Assembly (NCBI GenBank): GCA_035528575.1
Contig: DATKYK010000024.1
Coordinates: 66,420 to 130,419 of the forward strand
Length of the DNA: 64,000 bases
Direction of reading: 5' to 3'
Source of the DNA: Dehalococcoidia bacterium
GTDB lineage: Bacteria; Chloroflexota; Dehalococcoidia; E44-bin15
Shown here: in pieces, positions 9,331 through 20,046 of the stretch
Layout: each line of letters begins with the position of its first letter
How positions within the stretch are numbered: the stretch's first letter is position 1
Notes under the pieces: generated by a model
Database searches by the model: none
Told to the model about the DNA's origin: nothing
The model's input: the letters and a program-made list of their open reading frames with translations, nothing else
Made by a program: the position numbers and the translations under genes

Positions 9331-11292
9331 ATGATTGATGATCGCGGATCAGACAGCGCCAGCTCTCTACCTACAGGTGCGCGTATGTGGCCATCAAAGC
9401 GCTATGCAGAAATCCACCAGCGCTCACTAGAGGACCCTGAGGGATTCTGGGCCGAGGAGGCGCGAAAGCTGGACTGGTACAAGACATGGGATCGCGTCCT
9501 TGACTGGGAGCCACCGTACGGGCGCTGGTTTGTCGGAGGTATGCTCAACGCCAGCTATCAGTGCGTTGACCGCCATGTACAGACATGGCGCAGGAGCAAG
9601 GTGGCGATATACTGGGAAGGGGAGAAGGGAGAGACCAGGGTGCTGAGCTATTCCACCCTCTTTCGGGAAGTCAACCGTTGCGCCTCGATGCTGAAGAATC
9701 TCGGCGTCAAGAAGGGGGATGCGGTCGCCCTCTATCTCTCCATGGTACCCGAACTCCCTATATTCATGCTCGCCTGCGCCCGCATAGGTGCTGTGCATAC
9801 GGTGATCTTCTCGGGATTCAGCTCCCAATCCATAGCGGACAGGGTCAACGACATAGGGGCAAAAGTGATCATCACCTCCGATGGCGCCTACCGCCGCGGC
9901 AAGCTCCTTGGGCTCAAGGAGATAGTCGATGAGGCGGCTAAATTGTCGCCTGTCATTGAGAAGATAGTCGTGGTTAAAAGAACAGGGGAGACGGTTCCTA
10001 TGCAGAGAGGAAGGGACTTCTACCTTTCAGACCTGCTGGACGAGGCCGATAGGATGGTTAAGCCCGAGCCGATGGAGTCTACTCATCCGCTATATATACT
10101 CTACACCTCAGGGACAACGGGAAAGCCCAAAGGTGTAATACATGGCACGGGAGGCTACCTTGTCTACAACCACTCGGCATATAAGTGGGTTTTCGATATA
10201 AAGGAGGAGTCGGTCTACTGGTGCACCGCCGATGTGGGATGGGTAACCGGCCACAGCTCCATCGTGTATGCTCCCCTTTCCCATGGCGCAGCCATTGTCC
10301 TGTACGACGGGGCTCCTGACTTCCCCACTGTGGACAGGTGGTGGGATATCGTGGAAAAGTACGGCGTCAGCATTTTCTACACGTCACCAACGGCAATACG
10401 CATGTTTATGCGCCATGGCGAGGAGATGCTGCAGAAACACGACTTCTCCAGCCTTGAGCTTCTGGGTAGTGTCGGCGAGCCGATAAACCCGGAGGCGTGG
10501 TACTGGTATTACAACAACATAGGTCAAGAGAGATGTCCCATCGTTGATACCTGGTGGCAAACGGAGACCGGGGGCACAATGCTATCACCTACACCGGGGA
10601 TTGAGTCAATGCCCCTTAAGCCGGGCTCTGCAGCTTTCCCATTACCAGGAATCGATGCAGCCGTTGTTGATCCCGAGGGAAACGAGCTTCCACCAAATCA
10701 GACGGGACTGCTAATAATAAGGAAGCCCTGGCCCGGCATGCTTCTCGATATATATGGCGACCCGCAGCGTTATAAGGATACCTACTGGTCACGCTTTCCC
10801 GGGTCATACTATACCGGCGACTTCGCTATGCGGGACGAGGATGGCTATTTCTGGCTCCTGGGTAGAGCCGATGAGGTGCTCAAGGTGGCGGGACATCGTA
10901 TCGGCACAGCGGAATTGGAAGATGCCGCCATATCACATCCCGCTGTGGCTGAGGCTGCCGTAGCCAGCAAACCGGATGAGATAAAAGGGGATGCTATTGT
11001 CCTCTTTATTACCCTCAAAGCTGACGTTTCGCCCTCACCTGATCTGAAGAAGGAGATCGGCAAGCACCTGCGTACTCTCGTCGGGCCTATCGCTACCCCT
11101 GAGGAGGTCTACTTCGTGGAGTCGCTTCCTAAGACGAGGAGCGGCAAAATCATGCGTCGCGTTCTCAAGGCAATAGCCATGGGTCAGAGCCCGGGCGACC
11201 TCACTACCCTCGAAGACGAGGCATCAGTAGAAGAGGTGATAAAGGCATACGAAACCATGAAGAAGGTATCTGAAACCGCTAAAGATGATTAA
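9331..11292 (+). CDS. acs: Acetyl-CoA synthetase (AMP-forming).
   Basis: It has the YTSGTTGKPKGV AMP-binding motif and is 653 aa. An AGGAGG Shine-Dalgarno site precedes the start. Confidence 0.9.
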   Translation: MIDDRGSDSASSLPTGARMWPSKRYAEIHQRSLEDPEGFWAEEARKLDWYKTWDRVLDWEPPYGRWFVGGMLNASYQCVDRHVQTWRRSKVAIYWEGEKGETRVLSYSTLFREVNRCASMLKNLGVKKGDAVALYLSMVPELPIFMLACARIGAVHTVIFSGFSSQSIADRVNDIGAKVIITSDGAYRRGKLLGLKEIVDEAAKLSPVIEKIVVVKRTGETVPMQRGRDFYLSDLLDEADRMVKPEPMESTHPLYILYTSGTTGKPKGVIHGTGGYLVYNHSAYKWVFDIKEESVYWCTADVGWVTGHSSIVYAPLSHGAAIVLYDGAPDFPTVDRWWDIVEKYGVSIFYTSPTAIRMFMRHGEEMLQKHDFSSLELLGSVGEPINPEAWYWYYNNIGQERCPIVDTWWQTETGGTMLSPTPGIESMPLKPGSAAFPLPGIDAAVVDPEGNELPPNQTGLLIIRKPWPGMLLDIYGDPQRYKDTYWSRFPGSYYTGDFAMRDEDGYFWLLGRADEVLKVAGHRIGTAELEDAAISHPAVAEAAVASKPDEIKGDAIVLFITLKADVSPSPDLKKEIGKHLRTLVGPIATPEEVYFVESLPKTRSGKIMRRVLKAIAMGQSPGDLTTLEDEASVEEVIKAYETMKKVSETAKDD

Positions 11293-11421
11293 GTTACCGG
11301 CACCCCCTCCACGATGGATGAATCCCCCGACGTTAATGGGCAGGATGAGCACTATCCTCACCCCCCAATGGCTGGTATAATGATTCATCGGGTGCCACCG
11401 CGGCGACCACGGTGAAGAGAT

Positions 11422-12093
11422 ATGGCTGTTCCAGTAGAGTTTTTACAGTCCATCCCCCACTTTTCGGGGCTCAGCCCCGCTGAATTCGATTCGATCAAGG
11501 AATTAATCTTTGAGAAAACCTTGCAGCGAGGGGAGTTGGTCCTGATCGAGGGGGGGCCCGCTGAGGTATTATATTTTGTAGCCTCCGGCGCGGTGAAGGT
11601 GTTCAAGAGCTCAGCCGAGGGTAAAGAGCAGATCCTGCGCATCGTGCGCCCCGGAGAGTCCATCAATGATGTTTCCATCTTCGATGGTGGCCCAAACCTC
11701 ACCAGTGCCCAGGCGATGGGGTCGGTGGTTCTTTATGGAATAAGAAGGGGTGAACTGGAGGTTATCCTCCGGGATCACCCGCAGGTAGCCCTTAATGTCA
11801 ATAAGGTCCTGGCAGGAAAAGTACGCATCCTTGCGTCACTGGTCGAGGACCTGTCCTTCAGACCAGTTATTGGTAGGGTAGCCAAGATACTCCTGGAACA
11901 CGCCAGAGATGGAGACGGCCCCCTGCCGCGGCTCACCCAGCAGGAGATGGCAGCCATGGCGGGCACCGTCCGCGAGGTAGTCGGCAGGTCGCTCAAAGCC
12001 CTGGAAGATGAAGGGGCGATCAGGTTGGAACGCCACCGCATCGTAATTACCGATCAAGAAGCCCTTAAAGACATGGTGGACGCATATTCTTGA
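11422..12093 (+). CDS. Crp/Fnr-family transcriptional regulator.
   Basis: A cNMP-binding beta-roll is followed by a C-terminal HTH (VREVVGRSLKALEDEG). Confidence 0.85.
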   Translation: MAVPVEFLQSIPHFSGLSPAEFDSIKELIFEKTLQRGELVLIEGGPAEVLYFVASGAVKVFKSSAEGKEQILRIVRPGESINDVSIFDGGPNLTSAQAMGSVVLYGIRRGELEVILRDHPQVALNVNKVLAGKVRILASLVEDLSFRPVIGRVAKILLEHARDGDGPLPRLTQQEMAAMAGTVREVVGRSLKALEDEGAIRLERHRIVITDQEALKDMVDAYS

Positions 12094-12157
12094 GATAAAA
12101 GTCGCATTCCGCCAGTCAGCTCTGGTGATATGATGATCACGGAGGAAAACTGAGAGA

Positions 12158-12370
12158 GTGGTTGAAATGCCGGTGATCGACAGGGACAAGTGTGATGGGT
12201 GTGGTTTATGTGTTGGCGTATGCCAGTGCAAAGTCCTGGTATTGGTCGATAACGTTGTAAATATAATAGGGAAAGAAAAGTGCAGCTCCTGCAATCATTG
12301 GTGTTCTCAGTGCGAAGACGTCTGCCCCACCGGAGCCATACGCTGGCCCCTTGAAATAGTTATCGAGTAG
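12158..12370 (+). CDS. Small 4Fe-4S ferredoxin.
   Basis: The sequence has CDGCGLCVGVC ... CSSCNHWCSQCEDVCP. Confidence 0.7.
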   Translation: MVEMPVIDRDKCDGCGLCVGVCQCKVLVLVDNVVNIIGKEKCSSCNHWCSQCEDVCPTGAIRWPLEIVIE

Positions 12371-12523
12371 CGCTGGCAACTCCCGCTATCCTCCTTTTCA
12401 TACTCCCCCTTTGGGTTGCCCCGTGCCTATCCTATCATCTCATCGCTGCCTCTATGCGATAAAAGTCGCATACAGTCGTCATCCCCTGACCTAGAATAAA
12501 TTTGGATATCAAACAGGGGATGC

Positions 12524-12778
12524 GTGATGGTAAAAAGACTGGAGACTGCGCCCCAAGAACCGGCTAGCAAAGGCAATTGTTGCCACTACTGGATAATCGA
12601 GCCTGCCGATGGCCCTACCAGCAAAGGCATGTGCCAGTTCTGCGGCGCAGAAAAGGAATTCGCTAATTGCGGGCCAGAACTATGGTCAGGGAGGGAACGT
12701 GATGCACTCACGCCTGCCCAATTCTCTGGCTCTGGCTCGCCAGCTGTCGCGACTGCGGAGAAGCAGGATGATTCTTAA
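12524..12778 (+). CDS. Cys-rich small protein (CCHYW...CQFCG...C) of unknown function.
   Basis: The ORF carries a clustered Cys motif and sits between the ferredoxin and the membrane Fe-S protein. Confidence 0.4.
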   Translation: MMVKRLETAPQEPASKGNCCHYWIIEPADGPTSKGMCQFCGAEKEFANCGPELWSGRERDALTPAQFSGSGSPAVATAEKQDDS

Positions 12779-12793
12779 CGCTATATTAGCCGG

Positions 12794-13507
12794 GTGTATA
12801 ACATGAATGACGATAATGTACGTGTAAAAAATTCAAGAAACAACCGTCGAATATTACACTGGGTCGTAGCAGGAGCCTTTTTTACACTATTAGCTACCGG
12901 CTTGATTATATACACACCCACTTTCTCAGCATTAGCCGCCGGTAGCTGGACCCGTCTTATCCACCGCATCGCTGCAGTCACCATTGTGAGCGCACCTATA
13001 ATCTATACATTAGTGAACCGCGGTGCCGCGCTACAGTGGCTTAAAGAAGCCGCAGTCTGGAGCAGAAAGGCCTCTACGACACCATCTATTAATAGCTGGA
13101 AGAGGAAACACAAGTTATTAATATCGATTGGTTTTATCATCGTCGTAACGACTGGAACGTTACAGTGGTTTCTGAAAGAGATAGTACCATCCAGCGTATT
13201 CAATGTGTCCTTATTCATTCATGATATCGCTTTCTTCTCCGCTATCATACTGCTGCTTTATCACATTTACTTCGAGTTCTACTGGTTTCACTGGAAGAGG
13301 AAGTACTGCAGTCGGTGCAGCTTTGCCTACTGCGCTGATGCATGCCCCGTTGGAGCCATGATTAGCAAGCAAGATGGCACCATCGAACGTATCTCCCAAA
13401 GGTGCAATAATTGCAGGCTCTGCATGGAGAACTGTCAACGTAATTCCTACTACAAGATTCAACCGAAGAAAGTAACTCAACAGATGAAGACAGAACCCAA
13501 GCAGTAG
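12794..13507 (+). CDS. Cytochrome b561/Ni-Fe hydrogenase b-type-like membrane protein fused to a C-terminal 2x[4Fe-4S] ferredoxin domain.
   Basis: It has an RRxLHW..AG..F..L..TG N-terminal signature and about 4 transmembrane helices. The C-terminus has CSRCS..C..ACP and CNNCRLCMENC. Confidence 0.6.
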   Translation: MYNMNDDNVRVKNSRNNRRILHWVVAGAFFTLLATGLIIYTPTFSALAAGSWTRLIHRIAAVTIVSAPIIYTLVNRGAALQWLKEAAVWSRKASTTPSINSWKRKHKLLISIGFIIVVTTGTLQWFLKEIVPSSVFNVSLFIHDIAFFSAIILLLYHIYFEFYWFHWKRKYCSRCSFAYCADACPVGAMISKQDGTIERISQRCNNCRLCMENCQRNSYYKIQPKKVTQQMKTEPKQ

Positions 13508-13532
13508 CGGCTGGACATTTAAAGTTTATCCT

Positions 13533-15008
13533 TTATTTTACCCATCGCTTAGACCGCTTCAGAGCCCTCAGCCAGCCCCGGTAAAGAGCCTTCCGCCTTT
13601 CCCGTTCCATTGAAGGCGTGAAGAGCTGACCAGCGGTCCAGAGCGAGGCTACCTCGTCACGATCTCTCCAAAACCCCACCGCCAGACCAGCAAGATACGC
13701 TGCGCCCAGTGCTGTAGTCTCCACTGTCAGTGGACGCAATAGCTTCACACCAAGCATATCGGCCTGGAACTGGGCCAGGAAATCGTTTGCGGCTGCTCCA
13801 CCATCCACGCGAATCTCGGTTGGTCTCAGCCTTGAGTCAGATGTCATTGCCTTTACCACGTCGCACACCTGGTAAGCTATAGACTCCAGTGCCGCTCTCA
13901 CCAAGTGACACTTGCGAGTGCCTCTGGTCAAACCTATGATAGTTCCTCTGGCGTACATATCCCAGTGAGGTGCACCCAAGCCTACGAAGGCAGGGACGAA
14001 ATAGACCCCACCTGTGTCCTCAACTTCATCTGCCAACCGCTCCGATTCCGCCGCATCGACGATCAGCCCCAGTTCATCCCTCAGCCACTTAATAACGGCT
14101 CCGGCAATAAAAATGCTGCCCTCTAGAGCATACTCCACATTGTCTTCTATTCCCCACGCTATGGTGGTTATCAAGCCGTGTTTGGAATGTGCTGGATCCT
14201 TTCCAGTGTTCATCAGCACGAAGGCACCGGTACCCAGGGTGACCTTGACCATACCAGGTTCAAAACAGGCCTGGCCGAAAAGCGCCGCTTGCTGGTCACC
14301 AGCTACGCCAGCCACCGGAATATCGCCGCGGGTATAGCCAAATACACCACTGGAAGGTTGAACCCTCGGCAGCATGGTTCGAGGGACCCCGAATAGTTGG
14401 AGTAGGTCATCGTCCCAATCAAGGGTATGGATGTTGAAGAGCATTGTCCGCGACGCGTTTGAAATATCGGTGGCGTGAACCGACCCGCCGCTAAGCTTCC
14501 ATATTAGCCAGGTATCAACAGTTGCAAATAGCGCTTTCCCCTGTTCAGCGAGTTTACGCACGCCCTGAACATTATTCAACATCCACTCCAGCTTGGTTCC
14601 GGAGAAGTACGCGTCTACTACCAGGCCTGTCTTGGCACGGATCATCTCAGCCAGCGATTGACCTCTCAGCTCGTCGCACCTGGGCGCGGTGCGGCGGCAC
14701 TGCCATACAATAGCGCGCCCTATAGCTTCGCCTGTCTCCCTGTTTATCAGCAGGGTGGTCTCGCGCTGGTTGGCAATCCCGATAGCTGCGATGTGTGCAT
14801 CGCTAGCACCGGCGCTTCCCTTTGCCTCCTCTATTGCCTGAAGGGTTCTCTGCCATATTTCCATGGGGTCCTGCTCTACCCAACCCGGCTGTGGATAGTA
14901 CTGTTTAACCTCCGCATATCCACGCCCCTTTACGCTGCCATCCCGACCGATTAAGAGGGCAGTTGTGCCGGTGGTTCCCTGGTCTATCGAAAGGATATAC
15001 TGCTTCAT
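13533..15008 (-). CDS. glpK: Glycerol kinase (FGGY family).
   Basis: It has DQGTTG and IVWQCRRTA motifs. The start was chosen at MKQY, which has a GGGAGGA Shine-Dalgarno site. The ORF extends upstream to 15053. Confidence 0.85.
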   Translation of the reverse strand: MKQYILSIDQGTTGTTALLIGRDGSVKGRGYAEVKQYYPQPGWVEQDPMEIWQRTLQAIEEAKGSAGASDAHIAAIGIANQRETTLLINRETGEAIGRAIVWQCRRTAPRCDELRGQSLAEMIRAKTGLVVDAYFSGTKLEWMLNNVQGVRKLAEQGKALFATVDTWLIWKLSGGSVHATDISNASRTMLFNIHTLDWDDDLLQLFGVPRTMLPRVQPSSGVFGYTRGDIPVAGVAGDQQAALFGQACFEPGMVKVTLGTGAFVLMNTGKDPAHSKHGLITTIAWGIEDNVEYALEGSIFIAGAVIKWLRDELGLIVDAAESERLADEVEDTGGVYFVPAFVGLGAPHWDMYARGTIIGLTRGTRKCHLVRAALESIAYQVCDVVKAMTSDSRLRPTEIRVDGGAAANDFLAQFQADMLGVKLLRPLTVETTALGAAYLAGLAVGFWRDRDEVASLWTAGQLFTPSMERERRKALYRGWLRALKRSKRWVK

Positions 15009-15143
15009 CGCTCTATTGGTATCCTCCCGGGCCTTCTTTATGAGTATTTCCATGACTTAGGAAGTATTTACCTGAGCCGGTAATGTAGCATATTATATGA
15101 GCTTATATATCAGTCTGCTGACCATTCAGGGTTTTGGGCCAGT

Positions 15144-16001
15144 TCAAATTCGAGTATCTAGCCACGCTCCCATGTCGGCCAGCACCTGCTTGTGCCCCGG
15201 CTCGTTGAAAATCTCGTGGTAGAAACCCTCATAGAGCTTAAGTGTCTTGTCCTTCGAGCTAACCCGCTCGTACAACAGTTGGCTACCATCAGGATCACAC
15301 AGGCGATCAGCGGTCCCATGCATAATCAATATGGGTATGTTAATCTGCGACATCTCAGACGGTAGCTCTTGTAACGTATTAAGCATCTCTGCGCCAAAGC
15401 GGCATGTGATCTTACCCCGGTAGACCAGCGGGTCATTTATGTATGCATCCACGACAGCCCTATCCTGGCTAATGGCAGAGGCGTCAAGAACCATCACACC
15501 CACCTTTGGAGTTAAAATGGACATTAATCGAGCCAGTGGAATCAGCGCAGATGACAGGCTTTGGCCAGGCTTAACACCCACTCCAGAAAGGATGAGCCCG
15601 GCCAGATCCTGTTGATGAGTGCCCGTAGCCGTATAGGCAGTGGCTACCGTAGCTCCCATGCTGTGGCCAACAAGGAAAATCTTCGTGTCAGCATATTCAT
15701 TTTTTACTATTCGGATAAATGTTTCGAGGTCATCCAGATAGTCTGAGAACCGCTCAACGTAGCCCCGCCTGCCCTCTGACATGCCATGACCTCGATGGTC
15801 GTGGGCATAGATAGCATAGCCCTTTGGTACGAGGTGATCGACCAGGTTTGTATATCGCCCGCTGTGCTCGGCCCAGCCGTGCACCACCAGCAAGATCGAC
15901 TTCGCTTCCGTCTCCGGCAACCAGCACCGATAGTAAAGGGTAAGTCCTCTGCACCCTGAGAACCTACCTTCTGTATGCTCCATACCTATGGCCTCTATCA
16001 C
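15144..16001 (-). CDS. Alpha/beta hydrolase, resembling a lysophospholipase or monoacylglycerol lipase.
   Basis: It has the GHSMG nucleophile elbow and an HGWAEHSGRY motif. Confidence 0.8.
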   Translation of the reverse strand: MIEAIGMEHTEGRFSGCRGLTLYYRCWLPETEAKSILLVVHGWAEHSGRYTNLVDHLVPKGYAIYAHDHRGHGMSEGRRGYVERFSDYLDDLETFIRIVKNEYADTKIFLVGHSMGATVATAYTATGTHQQDLAGLILSGVGVKPGQSLSSALIPLARLMSILTPKVGVMVLDASAISQDRAVVDAYINDPLVYRGKITCRFGAEMLNTLQELPSEMSQINIPILIMHGTADRLCDPDGSQLLYERVSSKDKTLKLYEGFYHEIFNEPGHKQVLADMGAWLDTRI

Positions 16002-16380
16002 GATATAAAGGTTCTGGCGATTTCCCCATGACCGCGCTTCTCCCCCCTGTCGCCGTCCGCCAAACTTTAGCAGCTTCCGCCTTGGTTATCAAGTTAACGT
16101 TACCTGACGGCTACTATCAACATCAGTCGCCATTCTGGAGGTTATATGAATGTGTTAAAGGCTTTGAATATTTAACATTATGTAAACAGTTAGCAACCGA
16201 TATATTTGCATATCACATACGTTCTGAATCGAGACCCGACAGCATTGAAGAAGTTCATAGTAGTGAACAGTGACAATTTCGCTTTCCCTTGTGATAAAAT
16301 AGCGCCTGGACATATGCCTATATTTCACGCTATTTCATCGTGACACGGGAGAGTGTTTGGTTGTATAGGGAGGAATAGTT

Positions 16381-16785
16381 ATGGGAGCGGAGAAGTACAA
16401 GTACTTAAGTCCGGAGTGGGCAGAGGAAGTCTGCAGGCGTGTCAACGAGAAACTTAGCCCAGAGCGGATGAAGCATATCACCTCATCCATGTTGACAGTA
16501 AATACCAGTTGCCCTGATGGAAAGGACCGGGCAGTCTACTACGAGATTGTCGATGGTGTTGTAACCGATGTTTCTATCAGGGAGGGTGAATTGACCCGGG
16601 CTGAGTTTACCATTACCGCAGATTACGAGCTATTTGCCAGGATTTCTCGGGGAGAGCTCAAGGCGAGGGCAGCGCTTATGTCTGGAAAGATGAAACTCAA
16701 AGGACCCCTGGTAAAAGCGCTGCGATTGTCACCGCTTGTTGACCGGCTGAACGAGGTGATAGCCACCATACCCACAGAGTATTGA
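16381..16785 (+). CDS. SCP2 sterol-carrier-like domain protein.
   Basis: The SCP2-like C-terminal segment (MSGKMKLKGPL) is present. A GGGAGG Shine-Dalgarno site precedes the start. Confidence 0.65.
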   Translation: MGAEKYKYLSPEWAEEVCRRVNEKLSPERMKHITSSMLTVNTSCPDGKDRAVYYEIVDGVVTDVSIREGELTRAEFTITADYELFARISRGELKARAALMSGKMKLKGPLVKALRLSPLVDRLNEVIATIPTEY

Positions 16786-16808
16786 AGCAGTAACACGCGG
16801 AGGGAGCA

Positions 16809-18035
16809 ATGCCTAAGAAGACCACACCCAACAACGACCCATATTATATCGACTTCGCCAAGAGGATCAAGGATATCCAGGCGGAGATGGCCAACGAGGG
16901 AATTGATGTCTATTTGGGATCGAGGCTGAGAACCCTATCCTGGACCCTGGGTGCTTTTTGCCCCTGGCGCTCATACGTGGTGATCCCACCGGAGGGCCTG
17001 CCCATAGCCTTAACCTTCGTTATCGATGCCTCCAGGGTAGCCGATGACTCCTGGCTGGATGAGGAGCATGTTATCGGATACGGCCCTATGGGGGGTCAGG
17101 ACCAGATTACCCTGCTGTCCAGCCTGATAGAGCCGCATCTCAGCAGCAATGGCGGAGTGATTGGCATTGAAAGCGGTATGGGCACCTATCTCCCCGAGGG
17201 GCATATCACCCAGTATGAGTATGAATGCTTGAAGGGTGCCCTTCCGGAGGCCCGGTTTCGTAATATCCACGACATCGTAGACCGGCTATCACTGATTAAA
17301 GACGAAGGAACTATCAATCGCTTCAGGGAAGCATCCCGCATCGTTGATACCGGGCATCAGGAGGTTTACAAAGCCATAAAAGACGGCGGCTACAAAGGAA
17401 TGACGGAGACCGAGATTGCCGGACTGGCCGCATATGCAATGAGGAAGTCCGGGAGTGAATGGGAATGGTCTTTCACCGGTGGCAACGAAATTGCCTCCGG
17501 GTACCGTACCGGACTGGCAGCAGGAGCCTGTACCCCCGCATCGAGAAGGAATCTCCAGCCGGGGGAACCACTGACGGTTGACCTGCACGCTATGTTTAAG
17601 CTGGCACTGGGCGACCATGCGCATAACTACCTGCTGGCACCAGTAACCAAGCGCCAGAAATGGCATGCCCGGAACTTCGTTGACCTGGTAAACCTTTGCC
17701 TTGCGACCTACCGCCCGGGCATAAGTCCATCTGCACTCGCCGATGAGATGCTCGATTTCTGCGAGGAACGGGGGTTTGCTGATTACATGGTGCCCGGCTT
17801 CGAGCACGGGATCGGGATGGCAGGAGATGAATGGCGTATCGGCCTCAACGATGGCCCGTTTCCCTATTGGACCAACCCGGACCACAGGTATCAGTCTGGG
17901 GAAATGATTATTTGTGCCATGCAATATGCCTGCCCAGAGGAAAACATTGGGTTCCGTTATGAGAACCCAATCCTCATAACAGCAACCGGCTGCGAGATAA
18001 TGTCGAAGTACCCGCTGGCAGTCGAGGAAATCTAG
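16809..18035 (+). CDS. M24-family metallopeptidase (Xaa-Pro aminopeptidase/creatinase-like).
   Basis: A creatinase-like N-terminal domain is joined to a pita-bread fold. A GGAGGGAG Shine-Dalgarno site precedes the start. Confidence 0.75.
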   Translation: MPKKTTPNNDPYYIDFAKRIKDIQAEMANEGIDVYLGSRLRTLSWTLGAFCPWRSYVVIPPEGLPIALTFVIDASRVADDSWLDEEHVIGYGPMGGQDQITLLSSLIEPHLSSNGGVIGIESGMGTYLPEGHITQYEYECLKGALPEARFRNIHDIVDRLSLIKDEGTINRFREASRIVDTGHQEVYKAIKDGGYKGMTETEIAGLAAYAMRKSGSEWEWSFTGGNEIASGYRTGLAAGACTPASRRNLQPGEPLTVDLHAMFKLALGDHAHNYLLAPVTKRQKWHARNFVDLVNLCLATYRPGISPSALADEMLDFCEERGFADYMVPGFEHGIGMAGDEWRIGLNDGPFPYWTNPDHRYQSGEMIICAMQYACPEENIGFRYENPILITATGCEIMSKYPLAVEEI

Positions 18036-18528
18036 ACCAACATCTAATGTCTATTCCTACCACTTCTGCTGTTCAGATAACGTGGTGCCCTCTCTTTATT
18101 AACAAGAACGCCACCGGTTACGATTTCATATTTCGAATTTCAACCCTAAAAAGAAAGGTTGTATACTAATTACTAATATCTTAACAAGTTCAAATTTCTA
18201 ATTTCCAAATTACACACCACTTTCTCTTCCTTTACCTTAGTGTGCATCTGGCAAATTGAAAGGCAGGGCCTAACACAAGCACTATGGCGATTCCTGCTAT
18301 TCTCATTGCATAACTCCGGCCATCTGTAGTAACATGGATACTCCTTTTATCTTTGCCTGTATATATGGGGGCGGTTATCATCCAGCCTGACGGAACCGAT
18401 ATGGACACTCCCAAGAGTAAACATCTGGATTTGTTACAGGACGCGATTCGTGCTATTCTAGTATAGTAAAGAGCCGCTATCTATCTCCAGTATTACTCCT
18501 TGTTATTCTTAAGAAGAGAGGACAAACG

Positions 18529-19329
18529 GTGATCATCGTTGGAGAGAAGATCAACACCAGCAGGAAGAGCATCGCGGGAGCTGTTAGGAAACGGGACACC
18601 GCATTTATCACCAGGGTGGCCCGGGATCAGGCCAAAGCCGGGGCACATTACATCGATGTCAACGCCGGCACTTTTCTGGATCAAGAGGCTGATTGCCTCT
18701 GCTGGCTGGTCAAGACAGTACAAAGTGAAGTGGACCTGCCCCTGTGCCTGGACAGTCCAAATCCCAAGGCTCTTTCTGAAGCGATCAAATGCCACAGGGG
18801 CGAACCGATGATAAATTCCATCTCACTGGAAGAGGCCCGCTTTCAAAACGTCCTTCCTATAATCACTTCTCAGCCCTGCCACGTGGTTGCCCTCTGTATG
18901 TCAAAAACGTTTATGCCCACCACCGTGGAAGAGAGAGTCCAGGTCGGCGAGGAGCTTATAGGTAAGCTCACCGATGAGGGGATTCCCCTTGAGAGGATTT
19001 ATGTGGACCCGCTGGTGCAGCCGGTTGCTGTGGAGACTCACATGGGCATCGCCACTCTGGGAGCCATCAGCAAAATCATGAACCAATTTCCCGGCGTTAA
19101 TACCGTCTGTGGACTCTCCAATGTCTCTTTCGGCCTTCCCGAACGCCGCCTGATCAACCGCAACTTCCTGGCCCTTTGTATATCCTATGGTCTGTCTGCC
19201 GCCATTTTAGACCCTACCGACAAGCAGCTCATGGCAACCCTGCTGGCAGTTGAGATGCTTCTGGGCCGGGATGAATACTGCGAAAACTTCATTAACGCCT
19301 ACCAAAGTGGTCTTATTAGCGGAGGATAA
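18529..19329 (+). CDS. Pterin-binding methyltransferase (MtrH/MtgA-like methylcorrinoid:tetrahydrofolate methyltransferase).
   Basis: It has a DHPS-like TIM-barrel signature (IIGEKINTSRK ... GLSNVSFGLP). Confidence 0.8.
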   Translation: MIIVGEKINTSRKSIAGAVRKRDTAFITRVARDQAKAGAHYIDVNAGTFLDQEADCLCWLVKTVQSEVDLPLCLDSPNPKALSEAIKCHRGEPMINSISLEEARFQNVLPIITSQPCHVVALCMSKTFMPTTVEERVQVGEELIGKLTDEGIPLERIYVDPLVQPVAVETHMGIATLGAISKIMNQFPGVNTVCGLSNVSFGLPERRLINRNFLALCISYGLSAAILDPTDKQLMATLLAVEMLLGRDEYCENFINAYQSGLISGG

Positions 19330-19366
19330 ATTATACTTAAACGAAACTTATCTAAGGAGGCTGAAA

Positions 19367-20005
19367 ATGGGTGAATACAAGACACTCATGGAATCTATAA
19401 TCAAGGGAGATATGAAGGCTGCTGCGGCGGAGACTCAGAGCTCTCTGGATGCCGGCGACAGTGCTCGGAGCATCCTCGATAACGGGCTAATTACCGCCAT
19501 GGACGAGGTGGGCGAGAGATATAGTAAGGGGCTTATATTCGTCCCCCAGATGCTGCGCTCCGCAAAGACAATGCAGGAGTGCATGAAAGTGCTCCAGCCT
19601 TTCTTTAAGGAAGGTGATGTCATCTCCAAGGGGAAGGTGCTGATCGGGACCGTCAAGGGCGACCTGCATGACATCGGCAAGAACCTGGTTTCCATGATGC
19701 TGGAGGGCGCCGGATTCACCATCACCGACCTGGGTGTAGATGTCTCCCCCGATAGCTTTGTCCAGAAGGCGAAAGAGGTCGAGCCGGACATCGTTGCCAT
19801 GTCGGCATTGCTCTCCACCACCATGCCATCGATGCCTAAGACTATCGATGCACTAAAGAAAGCCGGTATCAGGGCTAAAGTTAAGATTATGATTGGGGGA
19901 GCACCGGTTACTGATAAGTACGCCCATGAGATCAAGGCAGACTCTTACGCATCCGATGCCGGTTCGGCCGTAAGCAAAGCCAAAGACCTGCTGGGCATTT
20001 CTTGA
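19367..20005 (+). CDS. Cognate corrinoid (B12-binding) protein of the methyltransferase system.
   Basis: It has the DxHxxG B12-binding motif (GDLHDIGKN). An AAGGAGG Shine-Dalgarno site lies 7 nt upstream of the ATG. Confidence 0.85.
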   Translation: MGEYKTLMESIIKGDMKAAAAETQSSLDAGDSARSILDNGLITAMDEVGERYSKGLIFVPQMLRSAKTMQECMKVLQPFFKEGDVISKGKVLIGTVKGDLHDIGKNLVSMMLEGAGFTITDLGVDVSPDSFVQKAKEVEPDIVAMSALLSTTMPSMPKTIDALKKAGIRAKVKIMIGGAPVTDKYAHEIKADSYASDAGSAVSKAKDLLGIS

Positions 20006-20046
20006 AGATTTTTGTAATTGTTACCTTCATAAAGGAGTAAAAACCG

